A stretch of 62,578 nucleotides of DNA, counting the filler, from Dirinaria sp. TL-2023a (taxonomy: Eukaryota): NCBI GenBank assembly GCA_051941275.1. It is 6 parts of 6 records of this genome, joined end to end, with 100 filler letters (N's around TTAATTAATTAA, not from the genome) between each part and the next. Parts side by side here need not be neighbours in the genome. Positions count along the whole stretch, not along the records: positions 10,463 to 20,823 come from JAVEBF010000946.1; positions 20,924 to 31,282 come from JAVEBF010000947.1; 4 more parts are not named here. One strand, written 5' to 3'. Below are positions 12,581 to 27,635 of this stretch, in pieces. The notes beneath the pieces are model-generated. The model ran no database searches and was not told the origin of the DNA. It saw nothing but the letters and a program-made list of their open reading frames with translations. Position 1 is the stretch's first letter. Each line of letters starts with the position of its first letter. The position numbers and the translations under genes are program-made.

Positions 12581-13638
12581 ATGATACGAAGAGGCTATGC
12601 GTCTTCACTGCGGTAGCTCAATCAAAACCGATCGCTCGGAATTTGTGGCTAACCATTCAAGACTGAGCCTGCAACATTATATTTTTCGGGAGCTGCTTGG
12701 CTACGACATCCACGCTCGCATCCCAATAGGTCAGAATTGCCACATTGCAGACGTTGATACTGGGACCGGGTAGGGCGATCAAGCTAGATAGGTAGGATAC
12801 GGAGGTGCTGATTCTGCCAAAGACAATGGCTAGTGGATGTCCACCGCGAAGAGCCGGAGGCTTAAATCGATGGATTCGATATTGTAACTAGCTAGTTTCC
12901 GAATCAGCGCTGGCTACCACCGAGATGAGCCTTAACCAGCTTGATATTTTTAAACCTCTGCCTCAGACATCGGTGGAAATATATGATGCCGTGCAACTAC
13001 GTCTGTTTCTTTGTGTGGTGCCCAACAATGAACCGCAAAGCCTTTTGTGAAAGCTCTATAGCATGCTTAGTAAGATCGATCCACCTTCTGTAAAATGGTT
13101 AGAATGGCCTGTTCTGTTTGTTTCTCGGATTTACTAACCCTATTTTGCCTGCTGAGAGCCTGGTGGCTACTTGCAGTGGGCAGAGTATGACCCTAGATCT
13201 TTCAAGGTGACAGCCCCAGAAACGTCACTGAAGCAGACTGCCAATTCGCAGCACGTGGGAATGATTCGCAGCATTCCCGGACGCTATACAGAGTATGATC
13301 CTCTGTCCGACCTTCAAAAGGCGAAAGGCTTGCCATGTTACTGATGGTTGAAATTGTTCTAGTTGGCCAGCTCACTTAGATGATCATTTCAGAAATGCGG
13401 GCTTCCAGGAAATTTCTCTCGATGCGTTTGAGCTTCCCCCCTAAGCTCTACGGCCCTTTTATGAAAGGACATTTGTTCGCTGCTGAAGAAGCCAGCTTCT
13501 CGTCGGTGGAAAATGATGGCCCAGAAGCACAAGGTCCATAAATTCCGGAACCTATTGGCGGAAGTATACGAAGAGTGCCAAACAGGCGTGACTATGACAG
13601 AAACCCTGGTTGTCGTTGTTGGTAGGAAGCCAACGTAA
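12581..13638 (+). pseudogene. Disabled class I SAM-dependent methyltransferase (fungal LaeA/UMTA-like), spliced
   Basis: Manual splicing gives RRGYASSLR|LSLQHYIFRELLGYDIHARIP...IADVDTGTG|QWLVDV...A*IDGFDIVTS*FPNQRWLPP, LDIFKPLP...YDAVQLRLFLCVV...LL*KLYSML|xPGGYLQWAEYD, and C-terminal VVVVGRKPT*. In-frame stops at 12863, 12893 and 13048, plus frameshifts near 12925 and 13540. Confidence 0.85.
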
Positions 13639-13782
13639 CCGAAAATCGCTGCCTCTAGCATGTTCCAAGCGATATGAAGGTACTTGCTGAGCAGAAACAC
13701 GGGCTAAGGAAATCAGGCCAAGTACCTGGGATGACTTAGACATATAACAGCTGACTTGAGAGCAATACAACGCAGCTAGCTG

Positions 13783-16530
13783 TCAACGTCTTCCCTTCCT
13801 GGATGGCCTGGCGTTCTTCTCTCTTCTTTTCTGCTTCTTGACTCTCTCCTTTCTCACTTCGTCCGTCCCTCGAATTTCGCCCTTTCCAAAACCTTCTCTG
13901 GATTTTCCGACCATCTTCTCCTTCGCAGCTTCAACTTTCTTTCTCCGTTTATGGTAATCATCCCTATACTTGTCCGCCGCTTTCGGCGCTCTCTCCTGCT
14001 TGTGCTTGAATTTTCTTTCCCCTAGACCAAGTCCAAGTCCAGTAGAGCCAGTCTTCTCCTGCTCACCCGGCCGAGGAAGTCTACTGATTCTGTTCGCCTT
14101 CCTCCAAGTATCAAATCTGCCACTTCGAAAGCTGGCAGCGATCTTCTGTCCACTTTCACCACGAATCATGCGCTTGTTACTCTTGCTACCGTCCTCGTCA
14201 TTGCGGCTGGACACGTATTTCTTGCTCTTTTTGTCCCATCGCATGTGGCTGGGCTGTGCTAAGCTTTTGCTTCCATCCTCAGTGCCAAGATCCATGGTAA
14301 GATTACGCGCCGCAGAAAGGAAGTTGGAGGAAGGTTGAGATGAATGCACGCTGTAAGCGCGATCCTCCATAAGATTGTGCGATGTTGGTTGGTAGGACAT
14401 GAAGAATTGCGGGTCTTGATAGGCCGACTGAACACTCGAATCGTGACTCTTTGAAGACTTTTGCGCACCAGAAATTGCTACTTCGAGCTCTGAGTCGGAA
14501 GCTGACGACATATCCACCTCCAGCTCTGGAGCCATCTTCTCTATCCTTGAAGGAGGCTTGTTGACTGCCATAAAGTCCTCTGTGGATACTTGCGGTGTTT
14601 TGCTAGTCTGTGCGGGCAGATTCTCTTCTCGCTTTTGTCGCCTAGCTTCTAATGCTCCCCTTCTCTTTTTCATGACCTCAACAGCTTCACCACCTGCGCC
14701 ACGTCTTGTCATTTCGAAGACTGTCTCCTGCGGTCTGAATTCACTGACACGGGCGACCATATGTTCACGTTTGGTCTCCATCTGATCAGCCTGGTCGCTG
14801 AACAATGGATGCATCGATTTCCAGCCGTTCAACGTAGTCACCTCTTTCGCCCGTCGAGCGCTCTCACTTGATGCCGCGCTTCGACTTTTCAGGTAAAGCT
14901 TCTCGCCCTTGGCAGCCACCGCTCTCAACGCAAACAGATCAACGTCCTCGTCAAGTAGCTTTGTCACCCACTCGCAGTTTTGCTCAAGCTGGCCTCTTGC
15001 TAGGCTACCTATTACAACATCCTCGGCATAATGAACCGCAGTCCCTCCTTCCCGCCCAACTACTAATCTTTTACCCAAGAACAGCTGCAGATCGAGGAGG
15101 TACGGGGCGTCAGACTCGGAAACCAAGCTGTAGCTCCAACCTTGTTGACCCGCTCGTGCGGTCCTACCAACGCGATGCACGAAGATTTTCGGCTGCGCAG
15201 GAAAATTGAAGTTGACAACATTGGCCAATACCGGAATATCGATACCCCTTGCTGCAACATCTGTCACTACAAGGATATTAGTTAGGCCACTTCGAAAATC
15301 CTGGACATTCATTTGTCGCGCTGTCTGGTCAAGGGATCCGTAGACATTAGAGACCGCGAAGCCAAACTGGCGGAGGAGGGCTGCAAGATATTCAACGTGG
15401 TGTTTCGTAGAAGCGAAAACGATGGTGGAGTGCTCGGTCGGAGATTCGTTGGGCTTGACGCCCCCGAGCTCACTGTGCTTTCGCTTCTTTGTGTTCTGGG
15501 TTGCGTCGGCCTTCAGTTTTCTCATTGCCGTGGTCTGTCCTGTAGGTATCTGGATGATATCGCTAAGGATGTGTAGTAAAGCACCTTCTTTTTCGGCGCT
15601 TTTCATAGTGAAAAATGCATTTTGAAGGTCAGGCGAGACCTTGCTCTCCGAGTCCAGGCGTACCAGATTCGGCTCTTGTAAACCAGCTCTTGCAAATTCT
15701 ACTAGTGATTTAGGCAAAGTCGCTGAGAAGAGTAGGGTTTGCCTTGTAGGTGGCAATGCGTGCAGAACCTCGGCCAATTGAGCAGCAAATCCCATCTCAA
15801 ACAGTCTGTCTGCCTCGTCAAATACCACGTATCGTATTGGGCTCAAGTCTAAACCCATTTCAACTCTCAGGTGTAGAAACCTTCCGGGTGTAGCGATTAT
15901 GATATCCGGATTGCCGGCCATTAAGCTGAATTGCTCCTCCAGAGAATCCCCTCCCACGAGTAGTACACATTTCAGGTCTGTGCCTTTCCCAAGCTCTTTG
16001 ACCACTTTCATCGTCTGTAAGGCCAATTCGCGCGAAGGCGACATGATCAATGCTCTTGACCCGACCTGTACGCTGTGGCTTTTGAGCTTCTCGATCATGG
16101 GTACCACAAAAGCTGCTGTTTTACCCGACCCAGTCCTCGCCATGCCCACGACATCTTGGCCGTCGAGAACCAATGGGATCGTCTTTCTTTGTATCGGCGT
16201 AGGCACGGAGAAACCTTTGCGGCTAATGGCCTTGAGTAGATTCGCATTCAAGCCCATGGCTTGAAAGCCGCCGCCCTTTTTGACGCTTCTGCCTTTGATA
16301 TTTGAAGCTTTGCGGTTCGAAGCAGCTTGAGCTTCCGCGATAAACCCTGCGTCGTCTGATCCATCTTCATCATCAAGCAAGGTCTCGGTAGCAGTCACGC
16401 TGGCTTTGGGGTCCTGGTGCTGCATCCGGCTCTCGTCTTCGGACTCTGAGACGCCGCCATGGTCGAAGAGCGATCGAGATATGTCGATGTCTTTTTCAGA
16501 TTGCGCGGGCGAAGATGCTCGGTGAGGCAT
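13783..16530 (-). CDS. DBP10: DEAD-box RNA helicase DBP10 (60S biogenesis)
   Basis: Q motif (GGFQAMGL...PTPIQ), [38 protein letters not shown], and the DBP10 C-terminal [10 protein letters not shown]...[22 protein letters not shown] at 16530. Confidence 0.96.
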   Translation of the reverse strand: MPHRASSPAQSEKDIDISRSLFDHGGVSESEDESRMQHQDPKASVTATETLLDDEDGSDDAGFIAEAQAASNRKASNIKGRSVKKGGGFQAMGLNANLLKAISRKGFSVPTPIQRKTIPLVLDGQDVVGMARTGSGKTAAFVVPMIEKLKSHSVQVGSRALIMSPSRELALQTMKVVKELGKGTDLKCVLLVGGDSLEEQFSLMAGNPDIIIATPGRFLHLRVEMGLDLSPIRYVVFDEADRLFEMGFAAQLAEVLHALPPTRQTLLFSATLPKSLVEFARAGLQEPNLVRLDSESKVSPDLQNAFFTMKSAEKEGALLHILSDIIQIPTGQTTAMRKLKADATQNTKKRKHSELGGVKPNESPTEHSTIVFASTKHHVEYLAALLRQFGFAVSNVYGSLDQTARQMNVQDFRSGLTNILVVTDVAARGIDIPVLANVVNFNFPAQPKIFVHRVGRTARAGQQGWSYSLVSESDAPYLLDLQLFLGKRLVVGREGGTAVHYAEDVVIGSLARGQLEQNCEWVTKLLDEDVDLFALRAVAAKGEKLYLKSRSAASSESARRAKEVTTLNGWKSMHPLFSDQADQMETKREHMVARVSEFRPQETVFEMTRRGAGGEAVEVMKKRRGALEARRQKREENLPAQTSKTPQVSTEDFMAVNKPPSRIEKMAPELEVDMSSASDSELEVAISGAQKSSKSHDSSVQSAYQDPQFFMSYQPTSHNLMEDRAYSVHSSQPSSNFLSAARNLTMDLGTEDGSKSLAQPSHMRWDKKSKKYVSSRNDEDGSKSNKRMIRGESGQKIAASFRSGRFDTWRKANRISRLPRPGEQEKTGSTGLGLGLGERKFKHKQERAPKAADKYRDDYHKRRKKVEAAKEKMVGKSREGFGKGEIRGTDEVRKERVKKQKRREKNARPSRKGRR

Positions 16531-16911
16531 TACGGGCACAGCTCTCTTTCATCAAGGCATCTAGTTTCTATCCACTTCCCTGGCAGTGGGCGCATCAATC
16601 AGACGATGTGTGCGCCGGTTGCTCATGTTTTTTTTAGCTCTTGAATGAACCCTAATGTACATACGGAGGTAGCGCTTGGTCGAGTGCCAAGGTAAGGTAG
16701 CATTCAAGGGGGTTTATCGATAGGGATCCGGCCCGTCGAACCTCAGTGAATAAATTCCTCAGGCCTCGGCAGTCCCTCACACACCCCAGTCAGCACCCTC
16801 TCATCGGGTCCCAGGTTTCCGATAGTGCTTACACGCTTTACCTTTAATGGATTTCTCCCCTCTTCTGACCAGATCCAAGTGGTATTACCTTACTACTCTA
16901 CTGTAGAATGA

Positions 16912-17848
<937 letters not shown>

Positions 17849-19073
17849 TTTTGATGGAGAGGAGCTCGACTTGGTCGTGCAAGGCATCGAGCATGCAAGT
17901 CAAGGTTGTGATGGGTTCTGTATGTTCGTCCCAATAGAGTCAATACCACATGAGTATTCAATCTGCCGATGAGCGGGTCGATCAAATACCGGTTGCAGTA
18001 GTAGTAGCCTGGCCTAATAAAATTGATCCTGGGCGTGGAGGCCGAGGAAGCGTGGAACCACCCGAAGACGCTATCGAACTAGCGGTCGATCCTCGGTTGC
18101 CGTGGCTTGCGTGGGATGGAATGGATTGGACTAGGTGAAGACCCGAGGGACTCCTTGTAGTTGGATGCAGTAGTAACAAATGGCCACTTCTGTACTCGTA
18201 CCTTGTCCTTGGCGAGCTTGGTGATTGCAAGGCATTCGCTTATCCGCCTTGGCCTTATCGAAAATCGTCAAGAGATGCGATTGGTGTATACCCCCATTGA
18301 CCCCAGGCAGGAGGGAGGGAGTTGCAGGAGACTGGACTGCCCGGACTGAAGAAAAACGCACCCAATACGGACGCCTGCCGTTCAAACGGCCCATTCGCTC
18401 GGACTCTGGAACACTGGAGGAGAACTAAAGGTATCATGAAATCCTCGGCGCGCGGTGTGTGTTGGCCGCTCTTCGGCGTTCTGAAAACAGTTATATTTCT
18501 CGCCTTCTCTCATCCATTCTTACTCCGCTGCTTTCCTGTACCGACACGACCTGTTGCAGTCAGGAAGTACATTCAGGGATTCACCTCACCGGGGTGAGAA
18601 AGACAGTATCCACCTTTACCTTGCTCGGGCCTGACGAAGGCGTCCAGTGTTGCTGTCTCACTCTCCTCATTTGTCACTCGAGTCGTAGAGGCAGTGTTCG
18701 GCTTTGCTAACAAATCTGTACCTATCCGTGATTGAGAAATTCCAAATATCAAACATCAGCGTTGATGTCGGTTGAAACACGTCAATCACTCAATTGCTTG
18801 CGCTATCCGTCCCGCTTCGAGACGGTGTCAAGATCGCAGTTATCCAAGGTCCACACCGGGGAATTGACGAGACCAATCGATAATCCTTGAAAAGGTGCAG
18901 CATACCCTGGAACGAACGAGTACGGTGCAAGTACGTGGACAGCTTTTGCTCGAGCTTCATGACCTGCAGGCTTGATTGCCTTGTTTGCCGTCAAGTGAAG
19001 TGGCGATCCACCATCCAAACAATCAGCTTACAATTCACTAGTTCGTGTACCAACCTATTGGATTCGGCCAATC

Positions 19074-20038
19074 ATGGAAAAATTTAACGCAGCCATAAGT
19101 ATTGAATCGACCGATATCCCAACCACCAAATGTGTCATGGAGGAGCCAGCCAGGGTCACCGACCTTCCCAACGATCGAGTGCGAATCGTGGAAACCGAAA
19201 ACTACAGAAAGGCCGCCGAGTGCCTCGCCGAATCCTTTTTGGTAGACGATGTGGCGCGGTATTTCGTCCATACGGGGGATCATGGCTTCAGCGAGTGGAC
19301 ACCCGAGACCCGCAAATTGCATTACGAAATCTTCCAGTATATCACGTATGCTCATTGTCTGAAGGGCCTCGTGACAACGATTGGTCCGAACTATGATTGC
19401 GTCGCTCTCTGGTAGGGATCCCTAGTCTTGAAGATTGTGAGTGCGAGACTGGGGCTGAATCCAATTCTCGATTAGGATGCCGCCAGGCAAGAACATGGAT
19501 GACTATTACACGATGTTTCGAAGCGGCATGTGGCGACTAAGGTACAAGCTGACGACTGAGGGTGCTACGCGATTTTTCCAAGAATTCTTGCCAAAGTTGC
19601 ACGAAGCCAAGAGTAAAGCCCTCGGGCTAGACGACGACAATTCCTGGTATCTAGTTTATATTGGGACTAGGCCGGGGTCGCAAAGAAGAGGCTACGCAAA
19701 AGCACTGATCGAGATGGTGACCAAACACGTAAGTCAGAAATTCTCAGTCATGGCTCATGGCGTGCGCACAGCAACGACAGGCGTCTGCAACACTCACCTT
19801 ATCGAGAGACTGAACGTAACGATAGGCCGATGCCGAAGGACTGAAATGCTACCTTGAAAGTAGCCACCAGAATAACTTTGAATTTTACAAGCGTCGAGGC
19901 TTCCTAGCCTCTGCTGAAATCCCAAAGCTATATCTCGAGCGTGTCAAAGGTCGAGAGCCAGTTGAGTTGGACATCATGGTCCGAGAACCTGATCCAACGA
20001 AGCTTGAGCGCCACACGGCGAATGCACGTAAGCGGTGA
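19074..20038 (+). CDS. GNAT-family N-acetyltransferase, 3 exons
   Basis: AAECLAESFLVDDVARYF, CVALW|MPPG, WYLVYIGTRPGSQRRGYAKALI (acetyl-CoA motif A), |ADAEGLKCYLESS...FYKRRGF, LDIMVREP. Confidence 0.88.
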
Positions 20039-20823
20039 AATGGGACGCATGGATCGAGCAATTGAAGCCCCACGGGGTCAACCTTGGCCACACGGCGCAT
20101 TGTAAGGGTCGCCCACGATTCGAAATTTCCTTGTCTCGCGAATTTAGCATTCTGTTTCTCACACCCACGCTCCTTAAAACTTTTGTCAATCGACCTTCCT
20201 TTTAATTTTCGACATTATCAATCTTTCTGAATCTATACCGCCACAGGTATATCGAGGTACTATATATCAGGCCTGCAATACTCCATTCTCTAAGCAAGAC
20301 CAGTGTTATGTTCGGAATTTTGTAAAGGACTACAGCTCTCACTCTGCCTTAAGCAAGACGATCCACGCAACCCTGAATCTGATTGCAAATCTATCATGGA
20401 CCAAAACAGCTGCTCTGCGCATGAACTCCTTCGATCTAGCTGACATTCCCTTTAAGCCTACTAGCCCATTCTAAAGGACTGCTACCCTGAGTACCATGCT
20501 TCCTGCCAAAATAATCGATGTGAAAAGCTGCATCCCCTCAAATACAAGTATCCATCGTACCTGTCCCCCTTCATCTCCCTTTCAATCCAAGAGCCGAAAA
20601 CGCAAAAGCTGCTACTTTCAAAAGATTACACTACCATATGATGCTCCAAACCCACATCTAATCCCCTTCTTCGTGCAAACCGCACTCAGTCTATCTCAAC
20701 GAACCTCAGTGCCACCATCTTCTTACCTCTAACCCCTTCCTCCAGCAGAACGTCTCGATGCCTTAACCTTAATCCCGCTTAAAGCTCAAAAACTGAAAAC
20801 CCTCACCAACCCCCCATAAACCC

Positions 20824-20923
20824 NNNNNNNNNNNNNNNNNNNNNNNNNNNNNNNNNNNNNNNNNNNNTTAATTAATTAANNNNNNNNNNNNNNNNNNNNN
20901 NNNNNNNNNNNNNNNNNNNNNNN
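20824..20923. other. Artificial contig linker
   Basis: N44-TTAATTAATTAA-N44. Confidence 0.98.
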
Positions 20924-21996
20924 GTCCAACCCTACCCCAACCCCAACCCCAAAATCGATGATGATGCACCAATACCTTAGACTGAGCAGCAACGAGGTAC
21001 AGTACAACCTTTATTTCCACGAGGTAAGGACATGCGATTTCACAGCTCTCTCGATGGTAAGCATACATCCTATGGGCCTCGCAAAAAAAAAGGTGTGAAT
21101 ACGTGTAAAATGTCAAAGGCAGGATAAATGGTAGAATCCCGTCTTTTAAAACCCTTGATTACGGCGCCTACTTACTTCCCTTTAGGAATTATTTTACATT
21201 CCCAAAATCTCCATCATACCAAAAAAAAAAACAGAAACTCAGAAAGGGTAAAATCGATGGAACTTGGTGACCTAATTGGACTCGCATATCGTTTTGTTAT
21301 CATTACTTACTTCTATGGAAGGTTGTTTGTTGGTTTATGTGGCAACCTTTATGTGCGGAGGTCTCTCTCTCTCTTTTTTTTTTTTTTCTTCTTCTTCTTT
21401 CAGTTTATATATATTTTATTTTGGGGGGAGGGGGAAGATGTATATCCACCGCATACTACCTCCCCCAACTGAATTCACGATTTATTCTTGATTTATGTAG
21501 TTCAATCAGATTAGAGATCAAATCTATCATGCGGAGAGAGAGAAAGAGTACGGGATTGGATTGCTGGATTTCTGTGGTGGTTGATAAAGTAGGGAATTGA
21601 ATGTTATTACGATTTTTATGATGATGGTTGATTTTTGGGGGTGGGAATATGATGTAGATGATGCTACGTATGATTGGGATGCGATTGCTGCTGTGCTGTT
21701 TATTACTTGCAATTCGGACAGCGTGGGACCTACATGTTCGCTACCTATGTATCGACCATTGGCTATTTTTTGACACACTTCGTCGTAAAGGTATTATGAG
21801 ACTTGAGTGCTGAATGCCTATTATATTACTCTAGCTATCTAGGGGGAGGTGAAACCTGTGAACGCCAGCCAAGAAAAAGTCCTGCGCCTGTCATTGTTTA
21901 CCGGGGAACCTTCTGTGGGCTACCAATGTCGCTGTGATTCTAGTTTACCCTTTTCCTTGAAGGTTAAGTCGTGCCATGGAGGCATTATTGATCCGC

Positions 21997-23407
21997 CTAG
22001 CGTCCAAGATTCGTCGGTGCAGCGAGTGGTGGGCCTTCAGGCGTGACGTAGGCCTGCGGAGATGTTAGCCAGCTTACTGGAGATTGATTATTGCCAAGCG
22101 CTGTAAGCGTAGCTGATCTTCTTGATGCGACTCCAGAGCTCCTTGTCGACCCTTTTGCTGGAGCGTATTTTTTCGTAGATAGTGTCGAGCTCAGGGTTTG
22201 GAAAGCAAGTGAAGATATCGCATGAAACTCAAGGAATGGGGAGGAATATCACCTTCGTCATTCCTCCATCCACTACGAAATCGGTGCCATTCACGAAGCT
22301 GCTTTCATCACTTGCGAGAAAGACCACAGCTTGGGCTTGTTCGATGGCTTCGCCAAAGCGTCCGGTGGGGAAATGTACCTCGCGACGATGCCGCTTTGCT
22401 GCGTCGTCGCCTAGCCAATCTTGTAGGAGAGGCGTGCTGCGCAGGTGCTCATCCATTAGCATAATCGGGACCATAGAGCAACTTCACGCTGGAGCGGACT
22501 GAGCTCATAGAGCGAGTGCCTAAGTGCTTACTTTAGCGGGGCAGGACATAGCGAGTTGAACCTAAACCCCTCCCGTGCATGCACCACTGCCAATTCCCTT
22601 GTCAATGCCAGTACCGCACCTTTGCTGGCCGTGTACGCAAGCTGAGGTGTCGCACTGCCGAGCAAGGCTACCACGGAGGCGGTATTGATGATGCTTCCTT
22701 TCTTCTTGCCATGCTTCCGCAACGAAAGCACCGCATGCTTGGAACCAAACCAGACGCCTTTGACATTGATGTTGTGTGTCAAATCCCATATTTTCTCTGG
22801 TGTATCGATCGCGTCGGCATCATCGGCGTGCATGATACCGGCGTTGTTGAAGATGATGTCGACACCGCCCCACGAGTCAACATGGGAGACCATTGCTGAG
22901 ACATCGCCTTCTTTGGAGACATCGCATTTGAGTGTCTCCAGGCGAACATGCTCGGGGACTAGGTTTTTCACTTTCGTGACCGCCTTCTCCAGTGCAGATT
23001 CTGAAATGTCGGCCATAAGAACAGAAGCACCTTCCCGGGCGAAAAGAATAGTGGTCTCAAGGCCAATGCCACTATGAAACGAAAGGGACGATTAGTGATG
23101 AACTTGGATCAAAGATCAAGGCATGTAATGTGTTGGTGTTGAACGAAGACAAAACATGGCTATCTTCTTAAGTCTAGAAGCGAGCTGGCTTGTTCATGAG
23201 AAGCCTACGTGCGACTCTATGGTTGGGGACAACTACCAAGGCATTCAAATGAGATGGATAAGGGTATGACCATTTACGGAGGAAAGCAGCTGATACAAGC
23301 TGGGGCTAGGAACAGGTAAATGGGAGCTCGCTGTTGACCTACCCTGCTGCGCCGGTAATGATAGCATTCTTACTCGCCAAACGGCCAGCTCTCATCGCAG
23401 TTCCCAT
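21997..23407 (-). CDS. Classical short-chain dehydrogenase/reductase, 4 exons
   Basis: GRLASKNAIITGAAG|GIG (TGxxxGxG), FNNAGI, NTAS, YTASK (YxxxK), CPAPL|NTPLLQ, VDGGMTK|AYVTPEGPP. Confidence 0.93.
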
Positions 23408-24075
23408 TTCCGAAGCTGTGTTGGGGGGAGTGCTTTCAAAGGAAGTAAAGTCAGCTTGGATAGATGACTTCTGAGGAACTAGCTCTATTCGGACGAAAGA
23501 TGGGAGGGAAAGGCCGCCCTTGACACCTCAAAAAGGACTGATTAGAGATCAAAGAAATCCTGCGCTACTACGGAAGCAGGCCCGAGAACCTGCAACCACT
23601 CGTGGTAATCTACGAGCACTCTTGATAGCCTCTTTAGAAAGTCTGGAGTGCATCAAATGGGGCAACGAGACACGGCCAGTATAACTGGTAGAGTATCTTG
23701 TGTTGGAAATTAATATCCCCGCGATGTGCTTTGGATTTGCACGTGATGCCTCGGATCAATGCCGGGTCTTTATCAATCTAATCTCCCGAGGTCTGTTTGC
23801 TGACGCACTCTCGCACTAAAATCCTCTGTGGAATATCTCTCTTTGAAGAAAACTTTCACACCCAGACATTCCGCTCGTTCTGTCCTATCCAGCTCCAGCG
23901 TGGCCGTTATTTTGGAAGATTCGGCTTTCTCCACCTTCTGATTGGTGCTCCCATCATACGTTCAAATAGGAAGCCGGAAAAGGATGCGGTCTGATTGAAC
24001 AAGCCTTTAGGACACACTTGGTCCTTCACACCACGCTGAGCTCCTTGAACGGCCGAGTCCACTCTACACCAGAAG

Positions 24076-27000
24076 ATGCCACACCAGATCTCTCCACCGA
24101 CCGCCCCCGCAATGCTCGTCAAATCTTCAACGCCCTCAGGTGTTCCTCCAACACAGGAAGACATCTCATCCCTTCTCGATACCATCTTCTCTGCGAAAAC
24201 ATCTCAAGCCTCGGTCGACGCTGCATATGCTCTTTGCAATCTTCTCATCAACTCCGTGGGCTTTCGTGGACTTGGCGCTTACAATATACTAGATGCTGCC
24301 AGAAAAGGCGCAGCGGACAAGAAGGATGGGGCGAGGCGTGAGAGTGCGATGAATTTGTTGGGTGCTCTCTTTGAACGATTCCCGCCCGCGCAACCTGTCA
24401 GCGAAACCATCTTTCTCCTACAAGATGGAGGAGTCATATCGTTGGCACTGGACGCGCTGGCCGATAAGGGCGCGCAAGTCAAAGAGTCGGCGCAATATGC
24501 CCTGGATGCTCTTTTCGCAAATCTGACACCGGAGAGTTTGATAGCCGGCCTACTCCCGGCGCTCCAGCGATATCTGGCTAAGAAGACGGGCAAATGGCAA
24601 GGAGCTGTTGGCGCATACGACTTGATTGGCAAAATGGCGGATAAAGCGAAGATGGGCATGGGTAGCAAAAAGGAGGAGCGGCAGAAAGACCTTCTGAGAG
24701 AGTCTATGGGTAAAAAGCTTGCCGGCTTAATCCCTACAGTCGAGTCAGGCATGCATGACTTGAAAGCAGAGGTTCGTACACATGTTCAACGCGAAGCGCA
24801 TGACGCAGTATTCATTAGTTGGACAGGTCTGCAAGAGCGCGTTAAAGACAATGACATCGCTCACCACCCTCCTGTCGAATGATGACGTTGCGCCACGAAT
24901 CCCGCTTCTAATAAAGACGATGGAGAAGCCGTCTACTGAAACCCTACAGAAAGCGATCCACGCATTATCCCAAACCACCTTCGTTGCTATCGTCACTGCT
25001 CCAGTACTTGCTCTACTCACTCCACTTCTCGAACGATCACTTAACACTCCCACAACTTCACAAGAAGTATTACGTCAGACAGTGGTAGTGGTGGAAAACC
25101 TGACAAAGTTGGTGCACGATCCAGTCGAGGCTCGGGCATTCTTACCAAAGTTGAAGCCGGGTGTGCAAGGCGTAAAAGATCGTGCTTCCCTGCCAGAAGT
25201 GCGAGAGCTTGCCACACGATCACTGAATGTGATCAAAAAGGCGATGGGAGACGATGATGGGAACATTGCCAGCGGCCAAATAGCTCCAGCAACATCCGCA
25301 GATGTTCTACGAGTTCTTGACAAGGCAATAAAGATGAATGGCGGTCTGGCAGGTCAACCTGGTGATGGCCCTTTGTGTGCGCTTACGAAGGAATACATCG
25401 CGGAGATGGTGGCTGACGATGTCAATCAACGCGAGATCTCACGTATCAAATTGTGCTCGGGTCGCTATCTGAAGCAACTACTGAAGGAGGACTCGGCAGA
25501 GACGGTCGCTGAAGCGCTGCAGCAACACTTCATCGATGAAGATCATCGCAAATTCGGACAACCAATCAAGGCGAGTTCTGGTGAGGTCGAAATTGTAAAT
25601 ACGGATTTCTCATTGGCCTATGGAGGTATGCTCCTCTTGTCACACACCAATATCACTCTACACAAAGGCCACCGCTATGGTCTTTGTGGGCGTAACGGCG
25701 CCGGCAAATCTACTCTCATGCGAAGTATCGCAGAAGGAAAGCTCGAAGGATTTCCCAGCAAAGAAGAACTCAAGACTTGCTTCGTAGAACACAATCAAGG
25801 CGAAGATGCAGATCTCAGTATCATTGACTTCATAGCGAAGGACCCAGAGCTTGCTGCCTCTGGTCGAGAACGTATCTCGGAAGTCCTCAGCGAGGTTGGC
25901 TTCACTGCTGGTCCAGGAGGCCGACAAGAGGAGCGAGTCGGCTCGTTATCAGGGGGATGGAAGATGAAACTGGCTTTGGCCCGAGCCATGCTCATGGGTG
26001 CGGACGTCCTCTTGCTCGACGAACCGACCAACCATCTTGATGTGGGTAATGTGAAGTGGCTGGAGGAATATCTGAAGAGGCACACGGAAATCACGAGTCT
26101 GATCGTCAGTCACGACTCTGGGTTTCTGGATAACGTCTGTACGGACATCTACCACTACGAGAGCAAGAAGCTCGTTTGCTACCCTGGCAACCTTGCAGCG
26201 TAAGTCAGCCTTGAACATTAGATCATAGTCGTTACTAAAACTTAATATAGCTTTGTTCGGGTGAAACCAGAAGCAAAAAGCTACTACACACTTTCCGCCT
26301 CACAGGTTCAATTCAAATTCCCCAATCCGGGAATCTTGACTGGTGTTAAATCAGCTACCCGAGCCGTCATACGTATGACTAATTGCACATACACTTACCC
26401 TGGCGCATCTAAACCTTCGCTGAAAGACGTCACTTGCGCTCTGACGCTGTCCTCTAGGACAGCTATCATCGGCGCCAATGGCGCGGGGAAGTCGACGTTG
26501 ATCAAGCTGCTGACCGGAGAAACAATACCTCAGGAAGGCAAAGTCGAAAAGCACCCGAATCTCCGTATCGGATACATCAAGCAGCATGCGCTCGAGCACG
26601 TCGAGATGCATATGGAGAAAACACCAAACCAGTACTTGCAGTGGCGCTATGCGAATGGAGATGACCGAGAAGTCTTGATGAAGCAAACAAGAGTACTGAC
26701 ACCCGAAGATCAAGCACAGATGGAGAAGCCGGTGGACTTGGGTGATGGCAAAGGTCCAAAACGTATCGAGAATCTGATGGGCAGACAGAAGTATAATAAG
26801 TCTTTCAAATACGACGTGTAAGCTACGGTTATCTTAATCAGCCAGTGACTGGAAACTAATTGCCTGCAGTAAATGGGTTGGCTTGCTGCCCAAGCACAAC
26901 AGCCAGATTTCGCGCGAGACTTTGCTCAAGCTTGGATTCGATAAGCTGGTTCAGGAGTTTGATGACCATGAAGCCTCACGAGAAGGTCTCGGTTTCCGAG

Positions 27001-27635
27001 AATTGCAGCCGAAAGTCATCTCCAAGCACTTCGAAGATATCGGCCTCGACCCCGAGATTGCCAACCACAATGAGATCTCCGGCTTATCAGGCGGCCAGAA
27101 AGTCAAAGTCGTCCTTGCGGGGGCCATGTGGAATAACCCTCATCTGCTGGTGCTGGACGAACCCACCAACTACCTGGACCGTGACTCGCTCGGTGGTCTC
27201 GCCGTGGCCATCCGTGAGTACAAAGGCGGCGTTGTCATGATCTCCCACAACGAAGAGTTCGTCGGCGCTTTGTGCCCCGAGCAGTGGCATGTGGCCGACG
27301 GTCGAGTGACGCACAAGGGCCATCTAGCGGTGGCCATGGATCGGTTCGAGGACAGCCGCCCCGGAAGCAGTGCGGCCAGCAGTAACGTGTCCAGCGCCAA
27401 TGCGTCTGCGGTCAATTCCGGGGCCGAGGACGGCGACATGAAGTTCAAAGCAAAGAAAAAGAAGAAGATGACGAGACAGCAGCTGAAGGAGAGAGAAGTC
27501 CGAAGGCGCTTAAGACATATTGAGTGGCTCAACAGTCCAAAGGTAAGACATGATGGGATTTGGGACTTGATCGGCTAGCTAACGTGGCTCGACCAGGGCA
27601 CACCTCATCCTCCGGACACGGATGACGAGGCATGA
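24076..27635 (+). CDS. NEW1: eEF3-like ABC-F ATPase, NEW1/Elf1 orthologue, 5 exons
   Basis: HEAT region, two ABC cassettes (GRNGAGKST/LSGGWKMKLALARA/LLLDEPTNHLD and GANGAGKST/LSGGQKVK/LDEPTNYLD), chromodomain insertion, and C-terminus RRLRHIEWLNSPK|GTPHPPDTDDEA typical of New1/Elf1 rather than canonical eEF3. Confidence 0.88.

Noticed and set aside
22054..22252. Protein-like stretch inside the last SDR intron (PNPELDTIYEKIRSSKRVDKELWSRIKKISY)
   Set aside because: Follows an in-frame stop, has no start codon or clear acceptor; probably chance.
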